Of a DNA stretch of 64,000 nt, positions 10,501 to 24,400 are shown one piece after another. A program made the translations under genes and the position numbers. The notes under the pieces were generated by a model that had not been told where the DNA came from, did not search any database, and saw only the letters and a program-made list of their open reading frames with translations. This DNA is from Raillietiella orientalis. Its lineage: Eukaryota. Where the stretch lies: contig JAYWIR010000033.1 in assembly GCA_036172245.1 (NCBI GenBank), forward strand, positions 1,860,001 through 1,924,000, given 5' to 3'. The stretch's first letter is position 1, and each line of letters starts with the position of its first letter.

Positions 10501-13500
10501 TCACTAGGGCGAATTGCTGGATCGGGAAAGATCCCATTTCCGAGAACAGGGAATTCAGGATCCTGAAACAAAAGAAAGGTTTCGATCAAGGAAAACCGAA
10601 TGAGATTGAGAGAACAAGGAGACGGGGCTGTGGCATCCTAGCACTGGGAGCAGCTATGAGACCAGAAAATGTTTCGAATCCTCATTTCCGCGCCAGTTTC
10701 AGCCAACGGATAAGAAAATCGCGAACAGCATCCAGTGCTCGCAAGGATTTCGCAATGAACTCTCCCAGTGAAACCTGGATGCTGATTTGAGACGAATATG
10801 GTGACAACGCTCCCGAACCTTCCACGCACTTTGCAGCTCGGTCCATTTCCCGTGTTCTTCACAGAGCAGGGAGCCACAGAGATTTAATAGGCGCCGTGGA
10901 GAACGCGAGAGAGATGAAGACAAATACCCACAAGATTCCAACGCCGATTTGGTCATTGTGTTCATCAACTGATGCGTTCCTTTAGGAGCCTTCTTCCTTG
11001 TGAGAGGAAATCTTGGTTCTTCCTTCTCGCATCCATTTCGCTTGGTATGAGTGGTGATAACCGAACCGCATCTCGTCCCTGGAGGACAATCGTTGCTTCA
11101 GAGGTCCAAGCTGAGATTGCCGTCAGGAGAATCCAAAGCAAAACGATTCCGGGAATCGGTCAGGCGTCATGCAGGATGCGAGGATGGAAGCGGCAAGAGA
11201 GGGCAGCTGGTAAGATTCACCAGGATCGATTAGGGAACTCTTCGGAAAGTGTTTCCTTTGTCATGAAAGTTGATGGCTGCGACCAGAACAACCCCAACCT
11301 CCGCTGAGTAAGCAGAGCGACTGTGGACAGCGTGCACATGAGGATGCAAATACCGGACGCAAATCGAAAGCACAAGAGCTCTTCAAGGATGACGTGGCAA
11401 ATGGAATGCATGTCCTTCCATTTGTCCTGCTGGCATCCTTCTCCAAGAGCACGAACGCGTAGTTTCCGCCAGGGGAAATTCCTGCCACTGAGATTGGAGT
11501 GTAGAAAAAACCGAGGAGCTGAGCTTGAAAGGATTCGGGGTTCTCCCACGCAAGCCGGACTCCATGATAGGGCACTGTTTCCTAGAAAATTTCAAAGGAC
11601 ACAAGATCTGATGAAGATCTGCATGCAGCCGGTGTGCTCCAGACTTTTGGTGCATGAGCGTTGCTCACTGTTGTTGGCAGATCGGCACACACAGTTTGCA
11701 TGGTGATGGTTTCCATAAATTATAAAAAATCTTCACTGAGGCACTAGCGTTGTTTTCGTTTAGAATGTTCGAGTGGACAACATCTGGAGACTACACTCCT
11801 TATTAGCACAGGAAAGAGAAAATTACCTCGAGCACACGAACGATTAAACGCAGGACAGCATGCACGTCTCTTATCGGAAAACGTCCGGACCAAGAAAGGA
11901 CCACCACGTCCTGTCGTAGGAAGCGTAGAGTTTCGGGACATTTCCTGTTCGTTTCACAGGTTACGGATTCATTCGTGCGGCGCGACCTGAACTCCTGCCT
12001 GTCCGGACCTCGTCCACCAGCAACAGTGGCGATCGCTTGTGCAGAAGGTGAGGAAGCGGCGAGTCATTTCCTCCACAGATGAGTCACTTGCCCCACCGCG
12101 ATGGGGCAAGTGACTGTGAGAGGCTGTGAGGGCTGTTGACTCGGACCAAGAGGGCCGCACCGAGTCGGTAGACGCCAACCAGAGTGTTCCGGCAACACAC
12201 TCGAGGCCACTGGTCGAAGGCGAAGGGAAGTTGGCCTACTGGAAAGTCGCTTTCCTATATGAATATCTACCAACAAGAGGCAAGGCAGACGAAGGAGAGC
12301 AGATGCCCACTTCGCTTCCAAAGGACTGCCTGAGTTTGCAAGGGCAGCTGCAGTTGGATTTCTGGTGTCTTCAGATTCGGTCGATGACGAAACTGAAAAT
12401 TCTCGAGGAGCAGGGAGGGAGTGCTTCAGAAAAGGGATGACGAACACACAGTATTTCTGGGATGTGCATTGGACATAGAGAATAGGTCACAGGCCGTAGC
12501 GGAAGAACCTTCCAAACTCCGAGGGATTCTTGTAGAGAAGAGACAGGAGGAGATGACGGTGGAGAATTCCTTTATCGTCTCTCTACGCACCACTTTGAAC
12601 GTTGCTTAATCGAGACACGAATGTGGTATCTTCTTAGTTGAAGCAAAGCATATCTTCAGCCAGGGACTGCACTGACCTCCTATGTAGAAGGCGAGGAGGG
12701 CAGGAAGAATGCCTGACCACCAAGGATGTGTATTGGTCATAGAGAATAGGTCACAGGATGTAGCAGAAGAACCTCCCACAGTTGGAACCGTTGGAACCTT
12801 GAGACCGATGAAGAGGAAAAATTCCCTCTTCATCGGTCCATGTTCACTTTTTTGAGCAAAGCTTTTCATGAGTCCAACTGCATCCTATATGTAGAATGTC
12901 TCTCTCTATCTGGAAGACACTTCTTTTCGAGTGCAAAATTTCAGCGGGAGTGCTTACAAACTCCCGCTTTCCAAACAGCGTTTCGCCGTCCCCTGCGGGA
13001 AGAGAAGCGCTCCTGGGTCAAACCTCACGTTGCTAGCTGATGAGGCTGCAGAAATTCTTCGTCTTCGTAGCAACAGAAGCGGGGAGAGGTGACCAGAGGG
13101 CAGCTTGGATGGAAATGAGATGATTTCTGCCTAGAAGTAGTTTCGTCCTCCGATGCGTAATGCCAATGAGGAAGCACACGCGGAGATCAATGGATATGAT
13201 AAACTGAGGCTTCATATCGAATGAAGTCCTGTTAGCTTGTTGTAGAAATGCGATATGGGGAATTTGAGTAAGTATTCAATCTATACATGGCCCGCGGGAA
13301 GCCAGATGAGGTGCCACTGCAACCTTGGAATCAAGGGAAGCAGGAACAACAAACATTCCAAGAACACGATGTTCGCAAAATGCTGGGAAGACGTAAGCTT
13401 CGTCATCTTCTCTCGGATCCTCCCGTTATAAGGACTCCTTTCTGCTTTCGTTAGGGAAAATTCCACAGCAAGGACGACATGTCGATTGCTTATATTTTCC

Positions 13501-16500
13501 ACACTGACAATCACGACGTTCAGAGCCTCGTCGTTGAGTACCTCACCAGCGTCCAAGAAGTTCATTTTATGATTAAGGAACGAATGGATGTGGCCTTGGG
13601 GACCAAAGAAACTGGAATCCACGGATTCAGAATGGGCAAACTCGGCCCCATCTTTTGTATCACGAATTCACGAGCACTCTCCATTTCAACATTCGTAGAA
13701 GCATCCTTATCATTCCTTGGATGATGCTATCATGCAGGGTGTGTTATTTGTGATGCAGGAGAAGTTCGAAGGAGATAGCAGGAGGAAGGAATAAAAGTGC
13801 CATCTCTCCTGCGAGAAATTCGGGAATTTCGAAGCTGCGCTGCTGGAAAGAGCGGCACAGAGAGATGGTCCATACTCATACACGAAAAATATTCCGTGAG
13901 CAATGATCATAGGAGACGGACCTCATTAGAAGTGGGTGACACTATTAGATTATGGCAGTTGAAGCTGGTAGCCAATGCCAATCACCGAAGATCTTGAGAT
14001 CGCCTCTTGAGTGGAATCTGAAAAGTGAGTTCCAGTGAAACAGTAGACTGAATTTTTCGGACATCTGACGGCAGCATCGGTTTGCTGAGGACGAAATGTT
14101 CCACAGAGCAGTCAAGTAGGATTTTCTTATTAGTCTTTTCTCCTCTGAAGACCACGCTTCCTTGGAGGTCGAAGGTGGCGGGTGACGCAAAGAGTCGGCC
14201 CATTCACAGCCTCAATTCTGACACTCCGATGCGAGATACTCATCGTTCTCTCTTCCACTGAATTTCAGAAACCCATTCCGGAATCAGGAGGAGAAGTAAT
14301 GAAGAAAATGGTCCGAATTCTGAAAATTATGCATAGTGATTGGTACATCTCTCCTTGGGCTTGACGCCATTTCGCAGAAGTATTGAGAACTCTGCGGATT
14401 AGAAGCAGAATCATTCCCTGGATCTCTGAAGACTTCGTGAAGTATTTTAAATACGAAACATTTTTGGAAGTTTGCGAAAATCCCCAACTGTTTCCACCCT
14501 TCTTCGAGGAGGGGGGGAGCTGCGACCGTTAATCCAAGGATGGTGTTGGTCCTGAAAGTTGAGGAATTTCATTTTCTTAGATGCGGAAAGATGTTGAACG
14601 GAACGAGTGAACCGGGAATTTTTTATCGCTGTTCGTCTTTTTTTTTAATGATCCTGACTGACACGAACCCTGCGAAGCGTGTGGTTTGGAGGAAAATGAA
14701 GGATTCTTGGGGAATTTGAAACCATTGACAGTTTTCCTTATGGTCCAGCGATTCTCATCAGGCGTTTGGTAACCTGAAGCGAAAACGAACGAAAACGCGA
14801 GCGAAGTAGAGGGGAAGAAGAGCTTAGTGCCACTAGAGTTGGCACGCGTTTCCTAGAATGGTTCCTTCGTTCCTTTTTGCAAGATGGATGAAATCCGTGG
14901 CCGTGCTCGTCAGTTGTCTGCAGACGCTGTCCACCGCATCCTTCTGCATGATACCACTTGGTACCATTCCTCTGCGCCAAAGTTCCCACCTGGGAAAAAG
15001 TTCCATCTCGATTTGTGGTTGGTTGGATTTCCCAATTACAGCTGTTTTCCTATTTACTTTTATTTTCCTATTTTTTTTTCCGCCTCTGCACCTTTTTGAA
15101 GGCTCTAACTGGCCAGCAGGCTGGTGACACGACATCCCGCCTCAAGCGATTAAAACCTGGTGGAACTTGGAGTTGTACTAACGCTTTATCATCTCTGTGT
15201 TCAGGAAACATCTCGGCGTCATCGATTGCAAATGCAAACAAACCAAAGTCTACGATTCGTATTTTGCAGGAGTACCAAATCACTGGAGAGAGCTGGACTG
15301 ACGACGCATATCTTCTCTACTTAAGTTTGAACCTGAGAAGGAAAAGAAGAGGAAACAAAAGCGCTCCCTGCTGAGGTCCATTCCCTCGCATCCTTTGGAG
15401 GTGACGCGTTGAGAGTTAGAAATGCGTTACCTTTCTTGCTCCAGATGAGCTTCCTCATCTTTCCGCTTCCGCTTGCTGCAAGTAGCTGACGGGTTTCCGC
15501 GCTTCCTCCATAAACGGAATATTCCAACATTGAGGCTCTCTTCAGCATCCACGTAGCAGACTAAAGGAGCCAAGTGAGGAGGAGGTGGCTTCGAGTTGGG
15601 AGCACAGTAGCACTCTTTTTTCCGTAAATGGGGTATGTGTCTCGGAGCACGTTGCCTCATCAGTTCAGCGGAGCAAAAACAGCTTCCTCAGATCGTTGAG
15701 CAGTAAGCGGTCTCCGGCGGAACCTTTAGGAGCTTCAGAAAACGGAGGAAGAATTGTTTTTCAATACAAGAAAATTCTTTCGGAACTTTCGGGGGAGCTC
15801 GGGCTCCGCAGAGGGACGACCGCCGGATATTGCGGTGCAAGAAGAAAGCGCCCTGCAGCTGGCTACCGGGACAGCGTACGTGTTGGATGGGCGTACCATC
15901 CTCTGCGCTCACGCCAACTCTCAAATGAACGGAGGGAGCATCTCTGAGAAAGAGGCTTACAGGAAAAGAGAGTAGCAGGGGAAGGACGCGCCGAACAGCG
16001 GAGCGAAGAGATGATGGAAGTATGCTGGAAGCGACAGAAACTTGCTGACCGATGCTTGCTCCAGACCTCGCTGGCGAATCTTTACCCTTTTAGGCAGCTC
16101 GATCTCCCTTCCTTCCTGCAGTCTTCTCGGTAGTCACTTCTGCTCATCTTCCACATCAGGGCATCTCCCTGATGTGGAAATCGCATTTCCGGGAGTTTCG
16201 TCTTTCCCAAGGCATCTTTTCTCGGACGTTTCGGCTCTTTAAGAACCATCATCGTGACTGCCATCCGGCGAGAAATTTGATTGGAAGCGGGGCGGAGGAG
16301 CAAAAATGCTCTCTCATTGTCAAGGAAACTCCTGAGACCAATTGCTCTTTCGCGCACGCTGGGATCATGACGGCAACGTGAGTCTCGCCTTCCTCTCATT
16401 ACCTAACTTTCATTTTTCCCTTTGTGATGATGCACGAGGACCTGTTTCCGCATCCCCAGGACAGATGCTTTGCGGAAGACTCACCCGCTCCTTTTTTTTT

Positions 16501-16689
16501 TTTTTTTTTGCTGCGCGGAATTTTCGAAGATGCTTTGGGAATGACGGCGCTTCCCAAACAAGCCGAAGACAGAGATGAGGTCATCAGGCTGAGAAACAGT
16601 TAGGTAATTTATTGATTCCTTTCCTCTTTTTCCGAAAGCTTCCCAAACTAATGGCAACTGTCTGTGATGGATCAGCAACAACAGGCCCT

Positions 16690-18050
16690 CGGAAGATCAG
16701 ACTGGATGATGGCATGCCCGTGTGTACGTTGTCTGGTGAGAAGCGGCGATGGCTCCCCCAAAGCAAACCGTTCACCTCTCTCTCAACTCCCTCGGCTTCA
16801 GCAGTGAAGCCCAGCGCTGCGGCGCAGGATAAACCTAAGAAGTGCTCGATCGAATTTCCAGCTCCTCCGAAAGCATCTCCGCGCTGCACCTCCCAGCTTC
16901 AAAAATGCTCCAGTGACCAATGAGTAACTTGGGAAAAATCTTTTCCTTTCGCAACGGCACACAGCTTTGGGAACAGGAACGCACGTACATGCGGATGTAG
17001 ATTCAGATGTAGGCGCAGATATGGATACGGATATAACAAACATTAGTATGTGAGCCTCCAGTTTTACCTTCTTTGTCTCCACTTGTTCGAAGGCAACCAG
17101 AAACAACTGCTGTGTCGGAAACGTTCGGGTAATGAAGAACTGGAGAGCAAAGTCTCCTTTTCCCGCCGTGCTGGGAGAAGGAAAGCAGATCATAAACAAG
17201 TAATGCAAAGAGAAAAATATAAAAACAAGATCCCGGGGCACCACGCTCTAATGAGCATCTGACTGACATTCTAGATTGTTCGATAGATCGATTGCGTTGC
17301 AAAGAGTGCCCAATAGACAAATAACGCATCAATAACCGATGGATGAACTGCCATCCGGTAGTGCATCAGTGCATCTGTTTAGGACGTACCAAATGCGCTT
17401 TTCATCGCCATTCAATCAAACCTGCGCGATGCGAGCATCTTTCATCAGTAATTGGAGGCTTGGAGACACAATTCCTTCACCCACCCAGGAGTTCTCCAGC
17501 AGGCTGTTGTTCGCATCTTATTAAGGGACGTCATAAGGCAAACCTGCCGAATTTCCTTCACCATGGAGGAATTAGCATCCGAGTGTGGGGCTGGGAAGCT
17601 GCGAGCAAGCGTTCGCTTTCCAGGGGCAGAGAAACGATCTGATGTTATCTCCTCCTCTCGCACATCTTTCAAAAGAGTTAATTCCACCGCTGTTGAAGCA
17701 ACTCTTGCGTGTGTGCCAAATGGATAGGGAAGACCAGCTACTCTTCACAGGGGCTTTCTCCTGGAGCCCTATTGCTTTTCTCCGTGGTCGATGGAGGCCC
17801 CACCCATGGAACACAAAAGACTCCGTGCTCGAAGACAATTTATGGGTACCAAGAAAAACTCCTCCGCTTTTCTTCTCCGAGGGTCTCCAAATCGCATCGC
17901 GATCGAAGGTTTTCAAACGACCTCCAAAGGATGCTGGAGAAAACGAAGATTCCGATTGAAGGCGTGCCGGTCGGCTTCCTGTCTGCTGCTCGTTTGCAGC
18001 AACTCTTGCACACCTCGGTCGAGTTTCAGCCGACGCAGATCGGCTTTTAG
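16690..18050 (+). mobile_element. Second decayed hAT transposase remnant, possibly with a degenerate BED-finger region at its 5' end
   Basis: TIPSPTQEFSSRLLFASY (~17468, like Y.IPSR..FS..LLP..Y); RISFTMEELAS (~17548, like VSFTTD.WTS); NSTAVEATLACV (like HT...I...L..V); WRPHPWNTKDSVLEDNL (~17792, like W.H.PC.AH.LNLVV.D.L); KVFKRPP (like FK.SP). Correct order across frameshifts. Confidence 0.48.
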
Positions 18051-18376
18051 ACACCCTGAAGGCGCTCCGCTTCGGGGAGAAACCGACGCACACACTCCTG
18101 CGAGAAGCAGGAAACGCTGCAAATGGAAAATCACTCATCGTTCCTGCTTCCCCTGCAATCACCGCAAGATTTTTATGGCACGAGTTCTTCGAGTAGAGGT
18201 GTCGGATACGCTGAAAAAAGGTGGCGAAATGAGAGCGTACTTTCTTGATGGAGGAGTCTGCATCCGGTCATCGGCAAATCAGGGATATCGTGACTTTTTT
18301 CACGATTTCTGCATGTCTTTATCGCTGTTGCGCAATCACTGCCCTCTTTGCTTGAGAATTCAGATCATACACAAAA

Positions 18377-18420
18377 CACACACACACACACACACACACA
18401 TACAGAGAGAGAGAGAGAGA
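18377..18420. repeat. Compound (CA)n-(GA)n microsatellite
   Basis: Directly visible. Confidence 0.95.
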
Positions 18421-20449
18421 AATCGGTCTCTCTTATCTTCAAGGGATACTTCCACGTGTTCCTAACAACAGAAGTATCTTGAAGAAAGAAAACAAGGAGA
18501 AACTTTACTCTTCTACAAGGGTAAAAGTGGTGCACCACTCTTTGATGGTGACTCTTCCTGGAGCTCGTGCCGTGAGCTTGGTGGTCAGTCGGCGTTACAC
18601 GAGCACACATGCCGCGCGCATGTGCAGTCGCATGCGGGTATCCCTGCGCTTCTATGGGTGGATTTAGGGATTCGCACGTCTCTATAGGCGGCCTTAACAA
18701 AGGCATAAGAAGAACATGAATATAGAGATGGAGATAGGCCACCTCCGAAAATCTTCAAGCCCGAGGCCGGAGAGCACAGGAGCAACAGCAGAGGACTCTC
18801 AGCTTTTTCTTTGCAGCAGAGGTCTGGGCGAGGCAAGCCGAGAGAATGGGAAACGTAGAGAAAACACCTGCAAAGGATCAGGGAACAAGAGGGAGGAACA
18901 GATGAAGAGAAAGGCTGCAGGACAAAACGGCCAGCGCTTAAGGGCTGCAAGGAGAAACGGAAGGACACAGAAGAGCGGCTGCTCTAAGCGAGGACTCCAT
19001 GGCGAGTCACTGGCTCTTTGCAAAAGGAGGGAAGCTGTTGACCCCGTGGGTGCTCCAAACTCACGGGGTCAACAGCCAAATAGTCTTTGCTCTTCAGTTC
19101 TTCCCATCTTTCCTGAACTGTCTGGAGAAAGAGTAGGGCACCAGGCTCGCCCGGAAGTGCCTCTCCTGGTGGACGCGGGGTTCAGACTTGTGGTCAAGGC
19201 GAGCGGTGCGTCGCAGGGCCCGATGGTAGGGCTCGCGCTTTCCTCGGTTCACCTGGCTTCTCGGTTGCCTTGGAGAACTTTGGAGGTCCTCGCTCCAGAA
19301 AGGGAAGAGCCCCTGGTCTACTTCGCATCTGGAGGGACCTACGAAAAGTGGAGCTGGCTGGACGAGGACAGGGAAGACTCCTTTCTCTTCGTAGAGTCGC
19401 TCAACAAGTTCTCGTCCTCTCTCCTGAGAAAGCAGCTTCCAAGAGAGAAGAGAAGACCACCGAATCTCGGAAGGCAAAGCTCTCCCGGGAAGTCCGTCGT
19501 TTCCACGGAAGAGACTGCAGTACAATTCGAAGACTAGGGGGAACTGCCGTAGACAAATAGCGAAGTCTCTTTTCCCAGCGATCTCTTGGAAACAGACCGC
19601 GGACCTTCCGGCCAGCCGGGTTTGCCTGTGCTTCCTCAGCCTGCAACCGGCTCGCGTTCCGGCGCGCGATTGACTGCGCAGGAAGAGCGCCTTCCACTCC
19701 CAGAGAAGTGATGCGGTAGGAAGGAGGAGGGAAAGGGAACGCCTTCTTGAGACAGCGTGGGCGTCGGGAAGATTCAAGTTCGCGATCCCCATGGCAACGG
19801 AGAGGGAGAAGAGCCGGTCCTGCTCGAGCGGAGCGCTGTCGTATGAGCTGCGGAGAAAGGGATCTTTGCCTTACCCCTCGAACTTCTTGCAAGTAAGGCA
19901 TGTTCCTGAGGGAAGTAGGGCTGACGTCATCTCGTGGCGAGGGACACTGCTCGTAGTCACTGCCCAGGGAGAAGGCGAAGCTTCCATCATTCTCAGGAAA
20001 GTTGCCAAGGTCACTCTTCTTCCTCTACTCCTCCTTTATCCCTCTTTCTTCTCCACTTCCATCCGTTCCTCAACCCTCTCCTCTACTCCTTTTGCCCCAC
20101 TCCTCGGAGAAGCATCCGAGAACTCACCAATTCCGCTCCCTTATGTGAAACAGGGCATGCAGAATTAGGGACCTGAGGCAGAAAAGGGAGGAAAGACGGC
20201 CTTATACTCACTCCAAAGAAGTGCATGTGCTCTCCCTCTTCCTCCCCTGAAGGAAAGGGATGCTTCCATTCAACCCCCATGGTTTATCGGCGGTTCTTAA
20301 TCCGGTTTAACCCACCCGGGGAACGTTCCGAGTTCTTGTTCATCTTTTTGTTCGGTATCTCCGGGAGATAGTCATGAACCATGGAGCGGCGTCGGTTGGT
20401 ACGAGTGATCCTGATACGCATTTTTTGCCCCAGGGGCACATGATACCGA

Positions 20450-21480
20450 AAATCTTCATTCGCACCATGCTGCTATCCCTTTTCTGGAGAAATCTACACG
20501 CAGCTGAAGCCCCAACATCTTCCTACGAATGAGAGCGATGCCCCTCCGTGCTTGCACTTGCTGACGGAGTGACGTCACGACCGAGAGACACCTTAAGAGA
20601 AGGCAAGACGACAGCCACCTTGTCCTTCCTGTGTTAGGGAAGTGAGTGAGTATTTTCTGGCGAAATGCGACCCTCCATCATCCCCACCCATCTCCTCCGT
20701 CTGGGATATTCGAACAGCCTCCGTGTGCAAAATACGATTTGACAAATCTTCTGTTTTGGGACCCTCTTTCTCTGATGGGTTGCCACAAACGGAGTTGACA
20801 AGGACAAGGGTGGCAACAGGCAGGTCAGGTTCGGATTTCCCTGCAGACCCGCAGTCGATCTGCTATAGACGCTAATCAGGAGCATCTCCTGGAGCTCTTC
20901 GAACTCCCACTCCTCCCGCCCACCTTGCTGAAGCGTCTGCTCTCCATCTGGAGCGAAAGCCTCGATGGAGGATTGACTTGCAAAGGTCGCCACGTGGGAG
21001 GCGTACCAGGCAAGGGTTTGCAAGCTCCCTTACCAGAGCAGGCCGGAATTGTGTAGGAACTCTGCTGCCTCCTCATCCTTATATGAGAAAAAGATTTGGA
21101 TATCTACGCCCTGCTTAGGGAAAAGCGCTGCGAGGACCCAAACTTCTCTTAGAGGACCCTCATCGAGGTGCCAGAGTTGAAGTACAGATGTCGGGAAGGA
21201 TGGAACTGCATCTGCAATTCTGCAGACCTGCCCTGACTTCCACACTATCGGGACTGGGAGCCGCTGCTAGACCATCAAGTCCTTAAACTTCCTCATGAGG
21301 CCTACTAGACTTCTAGAAGACAATCAGCGGGTCTCTTGGAACCCGACGAGCTTCAGCGCACGTTGGCAGGTGGCAGTAGGTGGAAACAGCGTGTGCGTGC
21401 CTGGAGCCAGGAGGCGATGTGCCTCACCAAATGTCCTGGAAAACTCTCTTTCAGAACATGATGAATGGTCAGAAGAACTG
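20450..21480 (-). mobile_element. Decayed MULE/Mutator-like transposase remnant with possible SWIM finger
   Basis: Minus-strand LMRKFKDLMV*QRLPVPIVWKSGQVCRIADAVPSFPTSVLQLWHL (~21299-21165) resembles MULE L..FK..M....P..I.TD...AI..AV..VFP.S...LC.WH. Upstream FGEAHRLLAPGTH; downstream frameshifted FSC-VDFSRKGIA (~20510-20470) resembles SWIM CSC.DF...GI.CKH. Confidence 0.35.
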
Positions 21481-24400
21481 AACTTGCACAACCACCATTC
21501 CCTTGACCTCAGCTCTGACTTCGGCAGCTGTCTGGGATGAATATAGGAGAACTTTGGGGTAGCTCCTGCACCACATTTCCAATGTCGTCATCTGACAACG
21601 TCAATGCCAGCAAAGTCTTTGCATTCTGCTACGACGAGTCTTCTGTCTTTGGCTGAGTCGCACAGTATGCGGTGTGGGTCGAACCCGCTTCCATGACACT
21701 CGTGGTGGCTGCATCCTCGATGGCACACTCAGAACTCCACTGAGAAGGAAGATCCATTCTCAGCATTTAACTTGGATTCTGCGAAGGCACTGAGGACTAC
21801 TCACTGCAAGATTTCCTGCAGGATCCCGCTGTTTTCAGAATCCCACGAGCTCAGGTCCGCACCACCAGTGCTCGGACCGATGCCTGCACTCCGCTGGCGG
21901 AGGAGTGCAGACATGCTTCGCCACATTTGCTTCCCGACATCGGCAGTGTGCCACAGGACTCTGTCCGATACATCACTGGATGCGGATTGATCCTTACTGA
22001 GAATTCTTGTAGATGGACCCCTTACTTATTTGTGACCACCTACTGGTTCGTTCTTCCTAGAGGAGGTCCTATCCCTTTCTTAAAAAAGCAGCAACGCGCC
22101 CAAGTCCCCTCTAGAGACACTGGACTTTTGCTGCTCGAGGGGACCATCGATTGGAACGTCTTCTGCGTCACCACCACTACCCTTACCTTTCTTTTTCTTT
22201 CTACTCCCACCGAAGATGGTCTGACGGTTGAGTGGTCCAGTCACCGGTCTGATGCAGCTCATCCTGTATTGCTTATCCTCCGCCAAACGGATGCAGATGG
22301 GAGCGTCAGACTCCATGGCGAAGCATTGGCTTCCACTTCCGTTCATTCTCACGGAGAATGCAATGCTCTGGGAAGGACTTCACTCAACTTCAGGAGCGGA
22401 CGAGGTCGGTGTTGCCCGTTTCGTTTGGCTGCGTTGCTCTTGTGGGAGCGCCAGTGATGCCCTGCCATCGAGCAAGAGCAGGTGTTCCTGGTGAGAAGAG
22501 TCGCTGCAAGCTTGGAGCACCCGGAGAGAACGACCTTCCCTGACAATTGGTGCAGTCAGCTGTTTCCAGGAGCTGCCCTCATCGAGGTTATTTTTTTTTT
22601 CTGTTTCATTTTTCTTTTTGTTGTTCCTTCTACCTCTCTGCTGCCGAGGAGAACCTCGCCGCCCTGCGTGCCAGTCCTCAGCAGGTTCCCATGGTTACAT
22701 TTGTAACGTGGCAAGACCGAGCGTCCTGCCTCTGACCAGTGTGCTTATTTCTTATATAAATAAACGCCCCAGCACAACGAGGTGTCAACCTGAGAACGTG
22801 GAACTCACCAGAGCTCGCCTGCAAGGAGGACGCGTGCAGCTCCTAAGCCCTTGTAAACGCCAGCGGTTTGCCCTGAGCGACGGCAGGCAGGCAGGCCCGT
22901 TCCTCAGCTAGGGGAGCACCATACCCACCGTGTCCGACCTGCAGGACATCGTGGAACCTTCTTTCTGACTGCTTGGTCTCTCTCTAAGCCACGTCTCTGC
23001 TCCCCCCGACAGAAGGTTGCGGTTGACCAGCTGCCCATCCGCTGCACCCTGCGCTCGGAGGCAGGGGAGGGAAACCCCATCGTCGAGGGTTGGAACCGAA
23101 GCATCTCTCGGAGCCCAGGGGGCAAGGGAACACTTGGCCAGCACGAGGGGGTGCACGGCAGACGGACGCAGACGGGGACAACGCGGTGGTTCGTGGCAAG
23201 CCGGGGAAGAACCTCCCACGCTCGACGAGGGCGGCCTTCTTCTTGCGTTTCCAAAGAAGGAACTGGAGACCGAAGGAGAAAAGGGCTCGGGGGCACGTAG
23301 GGGTCTGAAGCGACTGCTGGGAGGGGGAGGGGGCAAGGGGATAGCCAGGGAACCGAAAGCGAACACCGGAGGTCACCGGAGCTTCTGCTCTTTTGAGGAA
23401 AGCAGAGCGGAGGAAGGCGATCGCGGGTCACGTATTCGGCCCGAGGAGGAAGCACCCGGCCGCTCTGGAGAGATTCGCGCCGGAGCACCACGGAATCCCG
23501 TCAGGCGCCGCTTGACGAGCAGGTGAAGGGAGGTTTCTCTCCGGAAAAGCTGGGCTAAAGGGAACCGGCCCACCCACCTGCTCCCTCCTTTCAGAAAGAA
23601 GAGACGAGACGTACGGGACGAGGGTGCGACTGCGGGGTCCAGGGGTCATCCTCGCAACCCGCATTCCTTGGTCTCGCTTTCTGCGAGCCCTCCCGCGGGT
23701 CGCACGACTGCGTTAACGGGCGATCTCCCGGAATCATCAATCTCTCTGGCAACCGAAACGTGAGATCTTTATTTGGATAACCACACTGTGTCTGTTACCA
23801 ACGGTGACAGCAGTGGAGCCAAAAAAAGGGGGGGAGGGAGGAGGAGGAGAGAAGGGAAAAATAAATAAATAAATCGGAAAAGAAACGCCGGGTCGGCTTC
23901 GGACGGTGACAGAAGCACCGTGCCCTTGAAGGGACTGGGAGTGTTACCAGCGAGGCGCTCCTCGTCGCTAGGGAGAGGAATGAAATATTTGGTTGCTCTG
24001 AATGGAGTAGAGGAACGCTCTGGCGGGAACCTCGGAACGAAAATAAACCTGTAATTTATTGGAGCCGGGACAGGTTTCGTGTTTATTGAAAGGAACCTCT
24101 CGGATTCCTGGCTCGGGTGCATCTCCTCCGTGGCCGTGACTCCGGACCGGCGAGCGATCATATTTCCGAGAGACGCCGCCGCTGGGGCGACGGGACGCCG
24201 CTGACGCGTCCGGGTTTGGGCGGACGCTGGACGCCCTTTGCAAATGGTGGTGGTGGCGGCGGTCGCCACGCCGCCGCCGCAGCCACAGGGAGCACGAGAG
24301 GAGGTGGAGGAGGGGGGAATCCTTCGTTTCCTTCCTTTCTTCACACGCTAAGGGTGAACAGGCCGCGGGGGCCCGTTCGCCTTCCGGGAAGAGGTGCGAG

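Noticed and set aside
11217..11549. pogo/Tigger DDE remnant (FWSQPSTFMTKETLSEEF)
   Set aside because: A single loose motif without supporting colinear motifs.
13029..13074. Hammerhead-ribozyme-like motif GTTGCTAG-CTGATGA-GGCTGCA-GAAA...TAGCAAC
   Set aside because: Core boxes and a 7-bp stem I are present, but stem II lacks its closing pair and no stem III or NUH site can be formed.
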